In this document: piece by piece, positions 40,875 through 50,061 of the stretch | How positions within the stretch are numbered: position 1 is the first letter of the stretch | How the letters are laid out: every line of letters begins with the position of its first letter | Assembly: GCA_006383075.2 (NCBI GenBank) | Contig: SMNH02000006.1 | Coordinates: forward strand, 122,174 to 186,173 | Direction: 5' to 3' | DNA length: 64,000 nucleotides | From: Kordia sp. TARA_039_SRF | GTDB taxonomy: Bacteria; Bacteroidota; Bacteroidia; Flavobacteriales; Flavobacteriaceae | Notes under the pieces: generated by a model | The model's database searches: none | What the model was told of the DNA's origin: nothing | The model's input: the letters and a program-made list of their open reading frames with translations, nothing else | Position numbers and translations under genes: made by a program

Positions 40875-41426
40875 ATGAAAAAAGTCAGTTATATTCTTTT
40901 ATTAATTATTTTAATCTCTTGTAAAAGCGAAACAAAATCTTCTAAAGTTGTTGCTGAACATGTAGATGAAACGGAAAAAGTGAAAACGAATTCTACGACC
41001 AAAACAGCATCACAAACGGATATTCCTGTGTTGAATTTTGAACAGTTTGAAAAATACCTCAACATTGAAGATGATAATATTCACGTTGTCAATTTTTGGG
41101 CAACTTGGTGTGCGCCATGTGTGAAAGAATTGCCATACTTTGAAGCTGTTAACAAAGAATACAAAGACAAAAATGTAAAAGTGTTGCTAGTAAGTTTGGA
41201 TTTTAATCTAAAAAAGCTCAATGCATATTTGGCAAAAAACAAGCTGCAATCTGAACAAGTATTATTAGATGATCCAGACCAAAACGCGTGGATTCCGAAA
41301 GTATCCGAAGAATGGTCAGGCGCTATTCCGGCAACGGTGATTTACACTAAAAACAAGCGAAAATTTTACGAAGGTTCTTTTACGAAAGAAGAGCTAGAAA
41401 CTGAAATACAAAAATTTATTAAATAA
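40875..41426 (+). CDS. TlpA-like thioredoxin-fold lipoprotein
   Basis: Lipobox LISC; VVNFWATWCAPC; AIP. Confidence 0.9.
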   Translation: MKKVSYILLLIILISCKSETKSSKVVAEHVDETEKVKTNSTTKTASQTDIPVLNFEQFEKYLNIEDDNIHVVNFWATWCAPCVKELPYFEAVNKEYKDKNVKVLLVSLDFNLKKLNAYLAKNKLQSEQVLLDDPDQNAWIPKVSEEWSGAIPATVIYTKNKRKFYEGSFTKEELETEIQKFIK

Positions 41427-41444
41427 CAAATAAAACTCACCAAA

Positions 41445-42116
41445 ATGAAAACAATAAAAGTAGCCTTATTGGCATTGCTTTTCGTCGCAGTTTCTTGTGA
41501 AGAAAAGAAAAAAGAAAAAAGCAATACCGATTCGAAAGTAGTTGCGGAAAACACTGAAAAACCAACAAAAGAAGTTGCAAATGGTTATCAAGTAGGTGAT
41601 ATCGTTGAAGATTTTAAGCTGAAAAATGTAGATGGAAACATGGTTTCTATGAGCGACTTTAAAGACGCAAAAGGATTTATTTTAACCTTCACATGCAATA
41701 CGTGTCCGTTTTCAGTTGCGTATGAAGACAGATTGGTTGCTTTAGATAAAAAATACGCAAGCAAAGGATATCCTGTAATTGCTATCAATCCAAACAATCC
41801 AGAAACAAAGCCTGGTGACAGTTTTGAAGCGATGAAAGTGCGAGCAAAAGAAAAAGGATTTACCTTTCCATACATGTTAGATGAAGGACAAAAAGTATAT
41901 CCAAAATTTGGCGCAACACGTACGCCACACATGTACGTAATTGCAAAAACACCTAAAGGACATCAAGTAAAATATATTGGAGCAATTGACGATAATCATA
42001 AAGATGCTTCTTCGGTTTCAAAACGTTATGTAGAAGACGCTGTTGACGCACTGTTGGAAGGAAAAGAAATAGAAGTAAAAACAACAAAAGCGATTGGTTG
42101 TTCAATTAAAGTTTGA
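41445..42116 (+). CDS. Thioredoxin/AhpC-TSA family lipoprotein
   Basis: Lipobox AVSC; FTCNTCPF, AINPN, GATRTP, YIGAIDD, IGCSIK. Confidence 0.88.
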   Translation: MKTIKVALLALLFVAVSCEEKKKEKSNTDSKVVAENTEKPTKEVANGYQVGDIVEDFKLKNVDGNMVSMSDFKDAKGFILTFTCNTCPFSVAYEDRLVALDKKYASKGYPVIAINPNNPETKPGDSFEAMKVRAKEKGFTFPYMLDEGQKVYPKFGATRTPHMYVIAKTPKGHQVKYIGAIDDNHKDASSVSKRYVEDAVDALLEGKEIEVKTTKAIGCSIKV

Positions 42117-42220
42117 TGCTTGAATTGTTAGCATTTTAGACTGATTAGACATTTAGACTTTTTTAGAAGTCGAAGTGGTTTAAACTTTTTGTTTTGTAGC
42201 GAAAATTATAGATTTTTTGA

Positions 42221-42284
42221 CCTGACGAAGCCTTTTTTGAGTAGCATAGCTGTAGCTACGTTACGAAAAAAAAGCTTCGTCAGG
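42221..42284. repeat. Long imperfect hairpin after the thioredoxin gene
   Basis: CCTGACGAAGC..TTTTTT / AAAAAA..GCTTCGTCAGG arms enclosing GTAGC..GCTAC. Confidence 0.6.
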
Positions 42285-42295
42285 GCGAAACAAGA

Positions 42296-42377
42296 TAAAT
42301 TTGCAGCCATAAGAAAAAGTTTAAATCACTTCGTCACTTTAATATATAGAAACCGAAGTTTTTTGCTTCGGTTTTTT
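42296..42377 (+). ncRNA. Candidate ~70-nt small RNA (promoter plus terminator, no ORF)
   Basis: TAAATTTG at 42296-42303; terminator AAACCGAAG/CTTCGGTTT plus T run at 42350-42377; next gene has its own -7 box at 42439-42446. Confidence 0.45.
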
Positions 42378-42472
42378 ATTTTTTGTTGTGGAAATCAATA
42401 GTTGCAGTTTTTTGAATTTTTTTATGAAACGAAATGTGTACCTTTGAAGCAAATACTATTTACAAAAAAACT

Positions 42473-42784
42473 ATGGCAGATTTAACCCAACAAGAATGGC
42501 AAGAGCAATTGGCAAATGATAACAATGCAGTAATCATCGATGTTCGTACGCAAGATGAAGTTGACGAAGGTCACATTCCCAATGCAAAACATATTGATAT
42601 CTTTTTAGGACAAGGTTTTATTGATGAGGTAAAAAAACTCGATCCTGCAAAAAACTACTATGTATATTGTCGCTCAGGCGGACGAAGCGCTCAGGCTTGT
42701 GCCGTGATGAACAGCATTGGTTTTGAAAACACCTACAATTTGATGGGCGGATTTATGGAATGGGAAGGCGAAAAAACAAACTAA
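42473..42784 (+). CDS. Rhodanese-like domain protein
   Basis: IDVRT..E...GHIPNA, YCRSGGRS; start placed at ATG 42473. Confidence 0.92.
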   Translation: MADLTQQEWQEQLANDNNAVIIDVRTQDEVDEGHIPNAKHIDIFLGQGFIDEVKKLDPAKNYYVYCRSGGRSAQACAVMNSIGFENTYNLMGGFMEWEGEKTN

Positions 42785-42794
42785 AACAACAACA

Positions 42795-43199
42795 ATGAAT
42801 CTTAGAAACGCAATTTTTAAAGTAGGCTTTTTATCACTCTTGTTGTCTTTTTTTGGATGTAGCAATTCTCCCAAAGAAAATGATGTCACTGTAACAGAAC
42901 TTCATGAATTGTTACAAAATGAAGATGTCATTGTGTTGGATGTGCGCACACCAAAAGAAATTGCAGACGGGAAAATAAAAAGTACTGCTTTAGAAGCTGA
43001 TTTCTTTGAAGAAAATTTTATTGAACAAGCCACTACAAAAATTCCAAAAGATACAGATGTATACATATACTGTCGCGGTGGCAATCGAAGTGCGAAAGCT
43101 GTTATCAAGCTTAGAGAATTAGGCTATACCAAAACGCACAATGTTGCTGGCGGAATTAAAGCGTGGAAGGCAGAAGGATATGAATTGGAAAAGCCTTAA
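42795..43199 (+). CDS. Rhodanese-like domain lipoprotein
   Basis: Lipobox FFGC; LDVRTPKE, YCRGGNRS, GGIKAW. Confidence 0.9.
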   Translation: MNLRNAIFKVGFLSLLLSFFGCSNSPKENDVTVTELHELLQNEDVIVLDVRTPKEIADGKIKSTALEADFFEENFIEQATTKIPKDTDVYIYCRGGNRSAKAVIKLRELGYTKTHNVAGGIKAWKAEGYELEKP

Positions 43200-43311
43200 T
43201 TTTCAATATTTCGGTAAAACTCCCAAAAAGTATATTTTTGTAGTATACAACTCGTAGAATCATAAACCACCACTTCTCATTGAAATTATTAGCAATCTAA
43301 TAATTATCAAT

Positions 43312-44613
43312 ATGACCATACGAGAAGACTTTTTGTATTATTTGTGGAAATTTGGCAAACTGCATCTGCAAAACCTTCAAACTTCACAGGGAGAAACGGT
43401 AGAAATTATTCAATTAGGAACGCGTAATCAACATGCGGGACCGGATTTTTTTAATGCGCAATTGCGAATTGGCAATCAATTGTGGGCTGGAAACGTGGAA
43501 ATGCACGTAAACTCTTCAGATTGGTTTGTGCATCATCATGAAAACGATGCCAATTATGACAACGTAATTTTGCATGTGGTGTGGCATCACGATATGGACA
43601 TTCACCGAAAAGACAATTCTGTCATTCCGACCATAGTTCTCAAAAACTACTGCGATGCGGCGATGTTGACACGCTATCAAAAACTGCTACATCAATCGCC
43701 GAAATGGATACATTGCGAAGCAGATTTTCCTGTATTGGATGATTTTTTACTTGAAAATTGGTTGGAACGCGTGTATTTGGAGCGATTGGAAACAAAAGCT
43801 GCTGCAATTGAAAAACTCGTTAAGGAAAGCAATTACGATTGGGAAGCTGTATTATTCCGTTTGATGGCAAAAGGTTTCGGACTCAAACTCAACAGTCAAG
43901 CATTCTTTGAAGCCGCATGTTCGGTAGAATTTAGCTTGCTGCGAAAACTAAGCAATTCACAACAAACGCTAGAAGCTTTCTTATTTGGAATCGTGGGTTT
44001 GCTTTTGCGAGAATCATCTCAAGAACAGTATCATGCCACATTGCAAAAGGAATTTGCCTATCTCTGTCACAAATTTCAATACACAAAAACGCCGACAATT
44101 CCCTTACAATTCTTTCGAACGCGTCCTGCCAATTTTCCTACCATTCGGATGTCGCAATTGGCAACTTTGTATCACCAACAGCACCATTTGTTTTCCAAAG
44201 TAATCAGCACAACTTCGCTGGAGCAGTTATACAGAATATTGCAGGTCAACACGAGTTCATTTTGGGAAACACATTACACTTTTGAAAAGCAATCGCCCAA
44301 ACGCATCAAAAAAGTTTCTAAAAGCTTTATAAATGTATTGCTGATCAACAGCATCATTCCGTTACAATATTGTTATCAAAAGTATCAAGGAAAATTAGCG
44401 GTGGATGATATTTTACAATTACTTCGTACCATTTCTCCCGAAAAAAATGCCATCATTCAAAAATTCACCACCAAAAATATATCTGTTGAAAACGCGCTAC
44501 AAACTCAGGCGTTGCTTGAGCTCAAAAAAAATTATTGCAATCGCGATAAGTGTTTGGAATGTGCCATTGGGAATACATTATTAAAGCAATCTTATAACTC
44601 AACGGAGAATTAA
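43312..44613 (+). CDS. DUF2851 family protein
   Basis: EDFLYYLW, GPDFFNA, GNVEMH..SSDW..H.H..D..YDNVILHVVW, RPANFPTIR, C..CAIG. Confidence 0.92.
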   Translation: MTIREDFLYYLWKFGKLHLQNLQTSQGETVEIIQLGTRNQHAGPDFFNAQLRIGNQLWAGNVEMHVNSSDWFVHHHENDANYDNVILHVVWHHDMDIHRKDNSVIPTIVLKNYCDAAMLTRYQKLLHQSPKWIHCEADFPVLDDFLLENWLERVYLERLETKAAAIEKLVKESNYDWEAVLFRLMAKGFGLKLNSQAFFEAACSVEFSLLRKLSNSQQTLEAFLFGIVGLLLRESSQEQYHATLQKEFAYLCHKFQYTKTPTIPLQFFRTRPANFPTIRMSQLATLYHQQHHLFSKVISTTSLEQLYRILQVNTSSFWETHYTFEKQSPKRIKKVSKSFINVLLINSIIPLQYCYQKYQGKLAVDDILQLLRTISPEKNAIIQKFTTKNISVENALQTQALLELKKNYCNRDKCLECAIGNTLLKQSYNSTEN

Positions 44614-44720
44614 TATCAAATCAGGCTAGCTTCTAAAGTCGCATTATAAATTTCGATTATTGGGCAACATTCTGTTAAAATACGTATCTTGCAACTCATA
44701 AAAAAAGCAAGCAATTACAG

Positions 44721-44948
44721 ATGAAATTTGTATACAAACTTCGTTATTTTTTTGAAAAATACGGTTTCGGCGTACTGTCACGATTGGCAGAACGTTTAGG
44801 AATGCGCGCTAAAAATGTGCGTTTATTCTTTGTGTACGTTACGTTTGCGACCTTAGGTTTTAGTTTTGCATTATATCTTACCTTAGCTTTTATATTAAGA
44901 TTAAAAGACTTAATTTACACCAAAAGAACTTCTGTATTTGACCTATAA
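44721..44948 (+). CDS. PspC domain protein
   Basis: FGVLSRLAERLG...VRLFFVY; 75 aa. Confidence 0.8.
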   Translation: MKFVYKLRYFFEKYGFGVLSRLAERLGMRAKNVRLFFVYVTFATLGFSFALYLTLAFILRLKDLIYTKRTSVFDL

Positions 44949-44950
44949 CC

Positions 44951-45958
44951 ATGTATAGATTTTTTAAGTCGAAATTTTACATTGCGCTTTCACTCTTGTT
45001 CCTAGTTTTAATAATTGGAATCATTGGGTTTATGGCGATTACTGACTGTACATTTATTGACGGCGTGTACATGACGGTCATTACAGTAACCACAGTAGGT
45101 TTTCAAGAAGTAGTTCCGTTGGACGACAACGGAAAATTATTCACGGTCTTTTTAATCATTATTAGTGTATTTGTATTTGCGTATGCTATTTCTGTAATTA
45201 CCGAATTTATTTTAAGTAGAAGTACACTAAAAAATATTATACAACGCAAAACGCTAAAAACAATCAGACGTATGGACAATCATATCATTATATGTGGATT
45301 TGGACGTAATGGAAAAGAAGCTGCGGAAAAACTGCAAACGCACAATCAGGAATTTGTCATTATTGAAAGAGATAGAAACGTTATTGAACGGTTTGAAAAT
45401 TCGGATTTGTTTTTTGTGGAAGGAAATGCCAGTGAAGACGAAGTGTTGGAAACTGCCGGTATCCATAATGCGAAATGTTTAATTACGGCGCTTCCGAGCG
45501 ATGCAGACAATCTGTTTGTGGTATTGTCAGCACGTCAAATCAATAGTAAGTTGTTGATTATTAGTAGAGCTTCTCAAGAATCTTCCTATAAAAAACTCAA
45601 ACTTGCAGGCGCAGACAACGTTATCATGCCTGATAAAATTGGCGGTGAACACATGGCGTCTTTAGTAGTAGTGCCTGATTTGGTTGAATTTATAGACAAT
45701 CTCTCTATTGGTGGAAAAAACACCAACAATGTTGAAGAATTACGTACAGAAGACATTACAAGTTCGGACAAAGAAATTACACTGAAAGAATTGGATTTGC
45801 GTCACCAAACTGGTTGTACGGTTATTGGCTACAAAACTCCTGAAGGCGAATACATTATCAATCCTGGTGCGGAATTAAAACTTGTAAAAAACTCCAAAAT
45901 CATTGTTTTAGGTCGCCCAGAGCAGATTAAATCGCTCAAACAAAAATACAATCTTTAA
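44951..45958 (+). CDS. Potassium channel with RCK (TrkA-N and TrkA-C) domains
   Basis: TM-pore-TM with TTVGFQ filter, ICGFGRNG, GNASEDEVL..AGI, AGADNVIMP. Confidence 0.9.
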   Translation: MYRFFKSKFYIALSLLFLVLIIGIIGFMAITDCTFIDGVYMTVITVTTVGFQEVVPLDDNGKLFTVFLIIISVFVFAYAISVITEFILSRSTLKNIIQRKTLKTIRRMDNHIIICGFGRNGKEAAEKLQTHNQEFVIIERDRNVIERFENSDLFFVEGNASEDEVLETAGIHNAKCLITALPSDADNLFVVLSARQINSKLLIISRASQESSYKKLKLAGADNVIMPDKIGGEHMASLVVVPDLVEFIDNLSIGGKNTNNVEELRTEDITSSDKEITLKELDLRHQTGCTVIGYKTPEGEYIINPGAELKLVKNSKIIVLGRPEQIKSLKQKYNL

Positions 45959-46067
45959 GCGTGGCGAAAAACTGTATTTAAGACGCAAAATTTGATTAAG
46001 CAATTTTTTTTTAGCATCTTGCTGTCCATTACACCCAAAAATAAATATTAACTAACTAAAAAATATC

Positions 46068-47657
46068 ATGAAGAAATATCTTCTTTCAGTATTTTCAATC
46101 TTATTACCATTACTAACTTTTGCACAAGATGTAGCCGAAAAAGGACTCGATGAACAAATTGATGAAGCTTTTGGAGATGCAACCGGATGGTTTGTACAAG
46201 CAATCTTCTATCAAATACCATTTACAGAAGACATCAAAGTGTATTGGGTATTATTTCCGTTAATACTAGGAGCATTGTACTTCACGGTATATTTTAAATT
46301 CATCAACTTTAGAGGCTTTTTTACATCTGTAAATATTGTACGAGGAAAATATGATGAAATTGACCATCATGAGTCTATGGTGGCTGCCGGAGATTCAACG
46401 CCAGGAGGCGATGCTATTGAAACAATTGCTATTGAAGGTCACGAAGGAGAAGTATCGCACTTCCAAGCCTTAACAGCAGCTTTATCTGCAACAGTAGGTT
46501 TAGGAAATATCGCTGGTGTTGCTATTGCAGTTTCTATTGGTGGAGCTGGAGCTACATTTTGGATGATTATCGCTGGATTGTTAGGAATGGCGTCTAAATT
46601 TGTAGAATGTACACTTGGTGTAAAATATAGAGATGTCGGAGAAGATGGAACCGTTTACGGTGGACCAATGTATTACCTAACCAAAGGATTGAAGAGCAAA
46701 GGAATGGGCGGATTAGGTAAAATATTAGCTGTATTGTTTGCCATTTTCGTAATTGGAGGTTCCTTTGGAGGTGGAAACATGTTCCAAGTAAACCAAGCCT
46801 TTCAATTAGTACAAAATATTACAGGAGCAGAAAACTCTTTCTTAGCAGGTTATGGATGGGCTTTCGGTGTAGTAATGGCAGTTTTAGTTGGAATTGTTAT
46901 TATTGGTGGAATCAAATCCATTGCTAAAGTAACGGACAAAATTGTACCTTTCATGGTAGCGATTTACGTAATAGCTGCTTTGTTTGTAATCTTTTCAAAC
47001 TTCGGAATGATTGGAGATGCTTTCGGACAAATTTTCTCAGGAGCATTCAGTCCAGAAGGAATTGCTGGTGGTGCCATTGGAGTTTTAGTACAAGGATTTA
47101 GAAGAGCGGCATTCTCTAACGAAGCCGGAATTGGTTCTGCTTCTATTGCGCACTCTGCTGTAAAAACAAAATATGCAGCTAGTGAAGGAATGGTAGCATT
47201 GTTGGAGCCATTCATTGATACGGTAGTTGTATGTACTATGACAGCATTGGTATTAATCATTACAGGAAATGTAGATCCTACGAATGCAGGATTAAATGAT
47301 GCAGATGCGATATTATTAACTTCTGGAGCTTTTGAATCTGCTATTTCTTGGTTCCCTTATGTGTTAACAGTCGCAGTTGTATTATTTGCATTTAGCTCTA
47401 TGATTTCTTGGTCATACTACGGATTCCAAGGATGGTCTTTCCTTTTCGGAAGATCTAAAAAAGCTGAGTACACATATAAAGTTATTTTCTGTCTGTTTGT
47501 AGTTGTAGGAGCAGCGGCAAGTTTAGGTTCTGTTATTGGATTCTCAGATGCCATGGTATTTGCGATGATGGTTCCAAACATGGTAGGACTTGTGTTATTA
47601 GCACCAAAAGTAAAAGGAGAACTTTCAAGGTATCTGAAAGCGATTAAAGCAAAATAA
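46068..47657 (+). CDS. Alanine/glycine:cation symporter (AGCS family)
   Basis: SATVGLGNIAGVA, GGPMYY, FSNEAGIGSA.IAH, LEPFIDT. Confidence 0.95.
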   Translation: MKKYLLSVFSILLPLLTFAQDVAEKGLDEQIDEAFGDATGWFVQAIFYQIPFTEDIKVYWVLFPLILGALYFTVYFKFINFRGFFTSVNIVRGKYDEIDHHESMVAAGDSTPGGDAIETIAIEGHEGEVSHFQALTAALSATVGLGNIAGVAIAVSIGGAGATFWMIIAGLLGMASKFVECTLGVKYRDVGEDGTVYGGPMYYLTKGLKSKGMGGLGKILAVLFAIFVIGGSFGGGNMFQVNQAFQLVQNITGAENSFLAGYGWAFGVVMAVLVGIVIIGGIKSIAKVTDKIVPFMVAIYVIAALFVIFSNFGMIGDAFGQIFSGAFSPEGIAGGAIGVLVQGFRRAAFSNEAGIGSASIAHSAVKTKYAASEGMVALLEPFIDTVVVCTMTALVLIITGNVDPTNAGLNDADAILLTSGAFESAISWFPYVLTVAVVLFAFSSMISWSYYGFQGWSFLFGRSKKAEYTYKVIFCLFVVVGAAASLGSVIGFSDAMVFAMMVPNMVGLVLLAPKVKGELSRYLKAIKAK

Positions 47658-47737
47658 CAAACTATCACGAATAGATTATTGTAGAATAATAACCAACCCA
47701 AAATATTCATGTGACGATTCATTAAAACATCGAAAAC

Positions 47738-48616
47738 ATGAAAAACATCAAATCTCACTTTACGTTTCTCAAAGCAGAACGAAGTGGGATTTTGTGTATT
47801 ATAATCCTAATCTTTATAGTGCAAGGCATTTATTTTTACACAAATCCCGCAACAACTTCCGAAAGCCTATTTTCAACTACAGAAGTAGCGCAATATCAAC
47901 AACAAATTGATTCACTCAAATTGTTAGCGCTCAACACGAAACCAAAACGCTATCCGTTTAACCCAAATTTCATCTCTGATTATAAAGGATTTACGTTGGG
48001 AATGTCTACCTTAGAAATCGATAGACTTCACGCATTTAGAGCAGAAAACAAGTATGTCAATTCTGCGGCGGAGTTTCAAAAGGTAACAAAGGTTTCCGAT
48101 TCATTACTCAACGATATCAAGCCCTATTTCAAACTCCCCGAATGGGTTAACAAAAAGAAGAAGAAAAAAAGACAATACACCTCAAACTATAAAACTAAAA
48201 AAGAGCCTATTGTCGTTAAAAAGATTGACATCAACAAAGCTACTGTGGAAGAACTGCGAAAAGTCTATGGTATTGGCGAAAAACTCTCGGCACGAATTGT
48301 AAAATATAGAACAAAACTCAACGGATTTGTGACAGAATCGCAACTCAATGACGTGTACGGACTCAAACCCGAAGTCATTGAAAATGTGTGGAAACGGTTT
48401 TACTTAGAAAAGCCCATCATTACGCCAATATATCTAAATACCTGTACGATAGATGAATTGCAAAAAGTACCATACATACATTACGAACTTGCGGACGAAA
48501 TTGTAAATCAACGAATACTACGTGAAGGTTTTAAGAAAATTGAAGAATTGACAAAAATTCAAAACTTTCCATCGGATAAATTAGAGATAATTAAATTATA
48601 TTTGCAAATACAATAA
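47738..48616 (+). CDS. ComEA-like helix-hairpin-helix DNA-binding protein
   Basis: N-terminal TM; IDINKATVEELRKVYGIG and LNTCTIDELQKVP HhH modules. Confidence 0.85.
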   Translation: MKNIKSHFTFLKAERSGILCIIILIFIVQGIYFYTNPATTSESLFSTTEVAQYQQQIDSLKLLALNTKPKRYPFNPNFISDYKGFTLGMSTLEIDRLHAFRAENKYVNSAAEFQKVTKVSDSLLNDIKPYFKLPEWVNKKKKKKRQYTSNYKTKKEPIVVKKIDINKATVEELRKVYGIGEKLSARIVKYRTKLNGFVTESQLNDVYGLKPEVIENVWKRFYLEKPIITPIYLNTCTIDELQKVPYIHYELADEIVNQRILREGFKKIEELTKIQNFPSDKLEIIKLYLQIQ

Positions 48617-48637
48617 AAAAACTAAAAATTGCTATAT

Positions 48638-49804
48638 ATGGAAAGCTTATACTTCAATGAAGAACACCATCTTTTTAGACAAAGTTTACGAGATTTTTTA
48701 AAGAAAGAAGTCGTTCCACATATTGAAAAGTGGGAAGAAACTGGAACCATTGAACGTTTTATTTGGGAAAAATTTGGTGAAATGGGCTATTTCGGATTAG
48801 CCTATCCTGAAGCATATGGCGGAATGGATTTAGACCTTTTCTATACAGTAATCCTTTTAGAAGAACTACAACGCATCAACTCTGGCGGATTTGCAGCAGC
48901 GATTTGGGCACATGCTTATCTTGCCATGACACATATCAATAAAGAAGGAAATCACGACATTAAACAACGCTATTTAGCGCCAAGTATTACAGGCGAAAAA
49001 ATTGGTTGTTTGTGTATTACGGAGCCTTTCGGCGGATCGGATGTTGCTGGAATGCGAACTACTGCTGTAAAACAAGGTGATAAATACATTATCAATGGCT
49101 CAAAAACGTTCATCACAAACGGTGTGTACAGTGATTACTTAGTCGTGGCAGCCAAAACAAATCCTGAATTAGGAAATAAAGGAATCAGCATTTTTGTGTT
49201 GGATAGAGACATGCCAGGAATATCAGCAACCAAGTTAGACAAATTAGGTTGGCGAGCTTCCGATACAGGCGAAATTGCGTTTGACAATGTAGAAGTTCCT
49301 GTAGAAAACTTAATGGGAGAAGAAAACATGGGATTCCCGTACATCATGCAGCATTTTGCTTTGGAGCGACTCATCATGGGGATTAATGCGCATGCACGTT
49401 CGGAATTTGCTATTGAATATGCTTTGCAATACATGTCAGAACGTGAAGCCTTTGGAAGAACAATTGATAAATTCCAAGCATTACGTCATACAATGGCAGA
49501 CTTGGCTACAGAAGTAGAAATCTGTAAAACCTTTAACTACGCCATTGCTTACAGACTCGACAAAAAAGAATACGTTGTAAAAGAAGCGACCATGTCTAAG
49601 CTACAATCTACCAAAGTAGCCGACAAAGTAATTTACCAATGTTTGCAAATGTTAGGTGGTTACGGATACATTGAAGAATACCCAATGGCGCGTTTGCTTC
49701 GCGACAGTCGCTTAGGACCTATAGGAGGCGGAACTTCTGAAATTCTCAGAGAAATCATCGCCAAAATGATTATTGACGGAAAGGATTATAAACCTGCAAC
49801 GTAG
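48638..49804 (+). CDS. Acyl-CoA dehydrogenase
   Basis: TEPFGGSD, NGSKTFITNG, KLGWRASDT, LGGYGY, IGGGTSEI; ATG 48638 preferred over TTG 48629. Confidence 0.96.
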   Translation: MESLYFNEEHHLFRQSLRDFLKKEVVPHIEKWEETGTIERFIWEKFGEMGYFGLAYPEAYGGMDLDLFYTVILLEELQRINSGGFAAAIWAHAYLAMTHINKEGNHDIKQRYLAPSITGEKIGCLCITEPFGGSDVAGMRTTAVKQGDKYIINGSKTFITNGVYSDYLVVAAKTNPELGNKGISIFVLDRDMPGISATKLDKLGWRASDTGEIAFDNVEVPVENLMGEENMGFPYIMQHFALERLIMGINAHARSEFAIEYALQYMSEREAFGRTIDKFQALRHTMADLATEVEICKTFNYAIAYRLDKKEYVVKEATMSKLQSTKVADKVIYQCLQMLGGYGYIEEYPMARLLRDSRLGPIGGGTSEILREIIAKMIIDGKDYKPAT

Positions 49805-50021
49805 TTTTTAGAAGTGAGATTTTAGTATTGAGTATTGAGATTTTTTGGCGAAAATTCCATTTTCATCGCCAAAATGATTATTGACGGGAAGGACTATAAG
49901 CCAGCAACATAGTTTGTAGAAGTGAGATTTTAGTATTGAGTATTGAGATTTTTTTGGCGAAAATTCCATTTTCATCGCCAAAATGATTATTGACGGGAAG
50001 GATTACAAGCCTGCAACGTAG
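49755..50021 (+). repeat. Tandem triplication of the acyl-CoA dehydrogenase 3' end (units of 108 and 109 bp)
   Basis: Copies start at 49755, 49863 and 49972; each encodes MIIDGKDYKPAT*. Confidence 0.95.
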
Positions 50022-50061
50022 TTTTTAGATTTTTTTTAAAGCTAAACTTCAAACATCAAAC

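Noticed and set aside
49805-50021. Stop-codon read-through producing a repeated C-terminal extension of the dehydrogenase
   Set aside because: The first spacer has further in-frame TAG and TGA stops, and the second unit (109 bp) shifts the frame.
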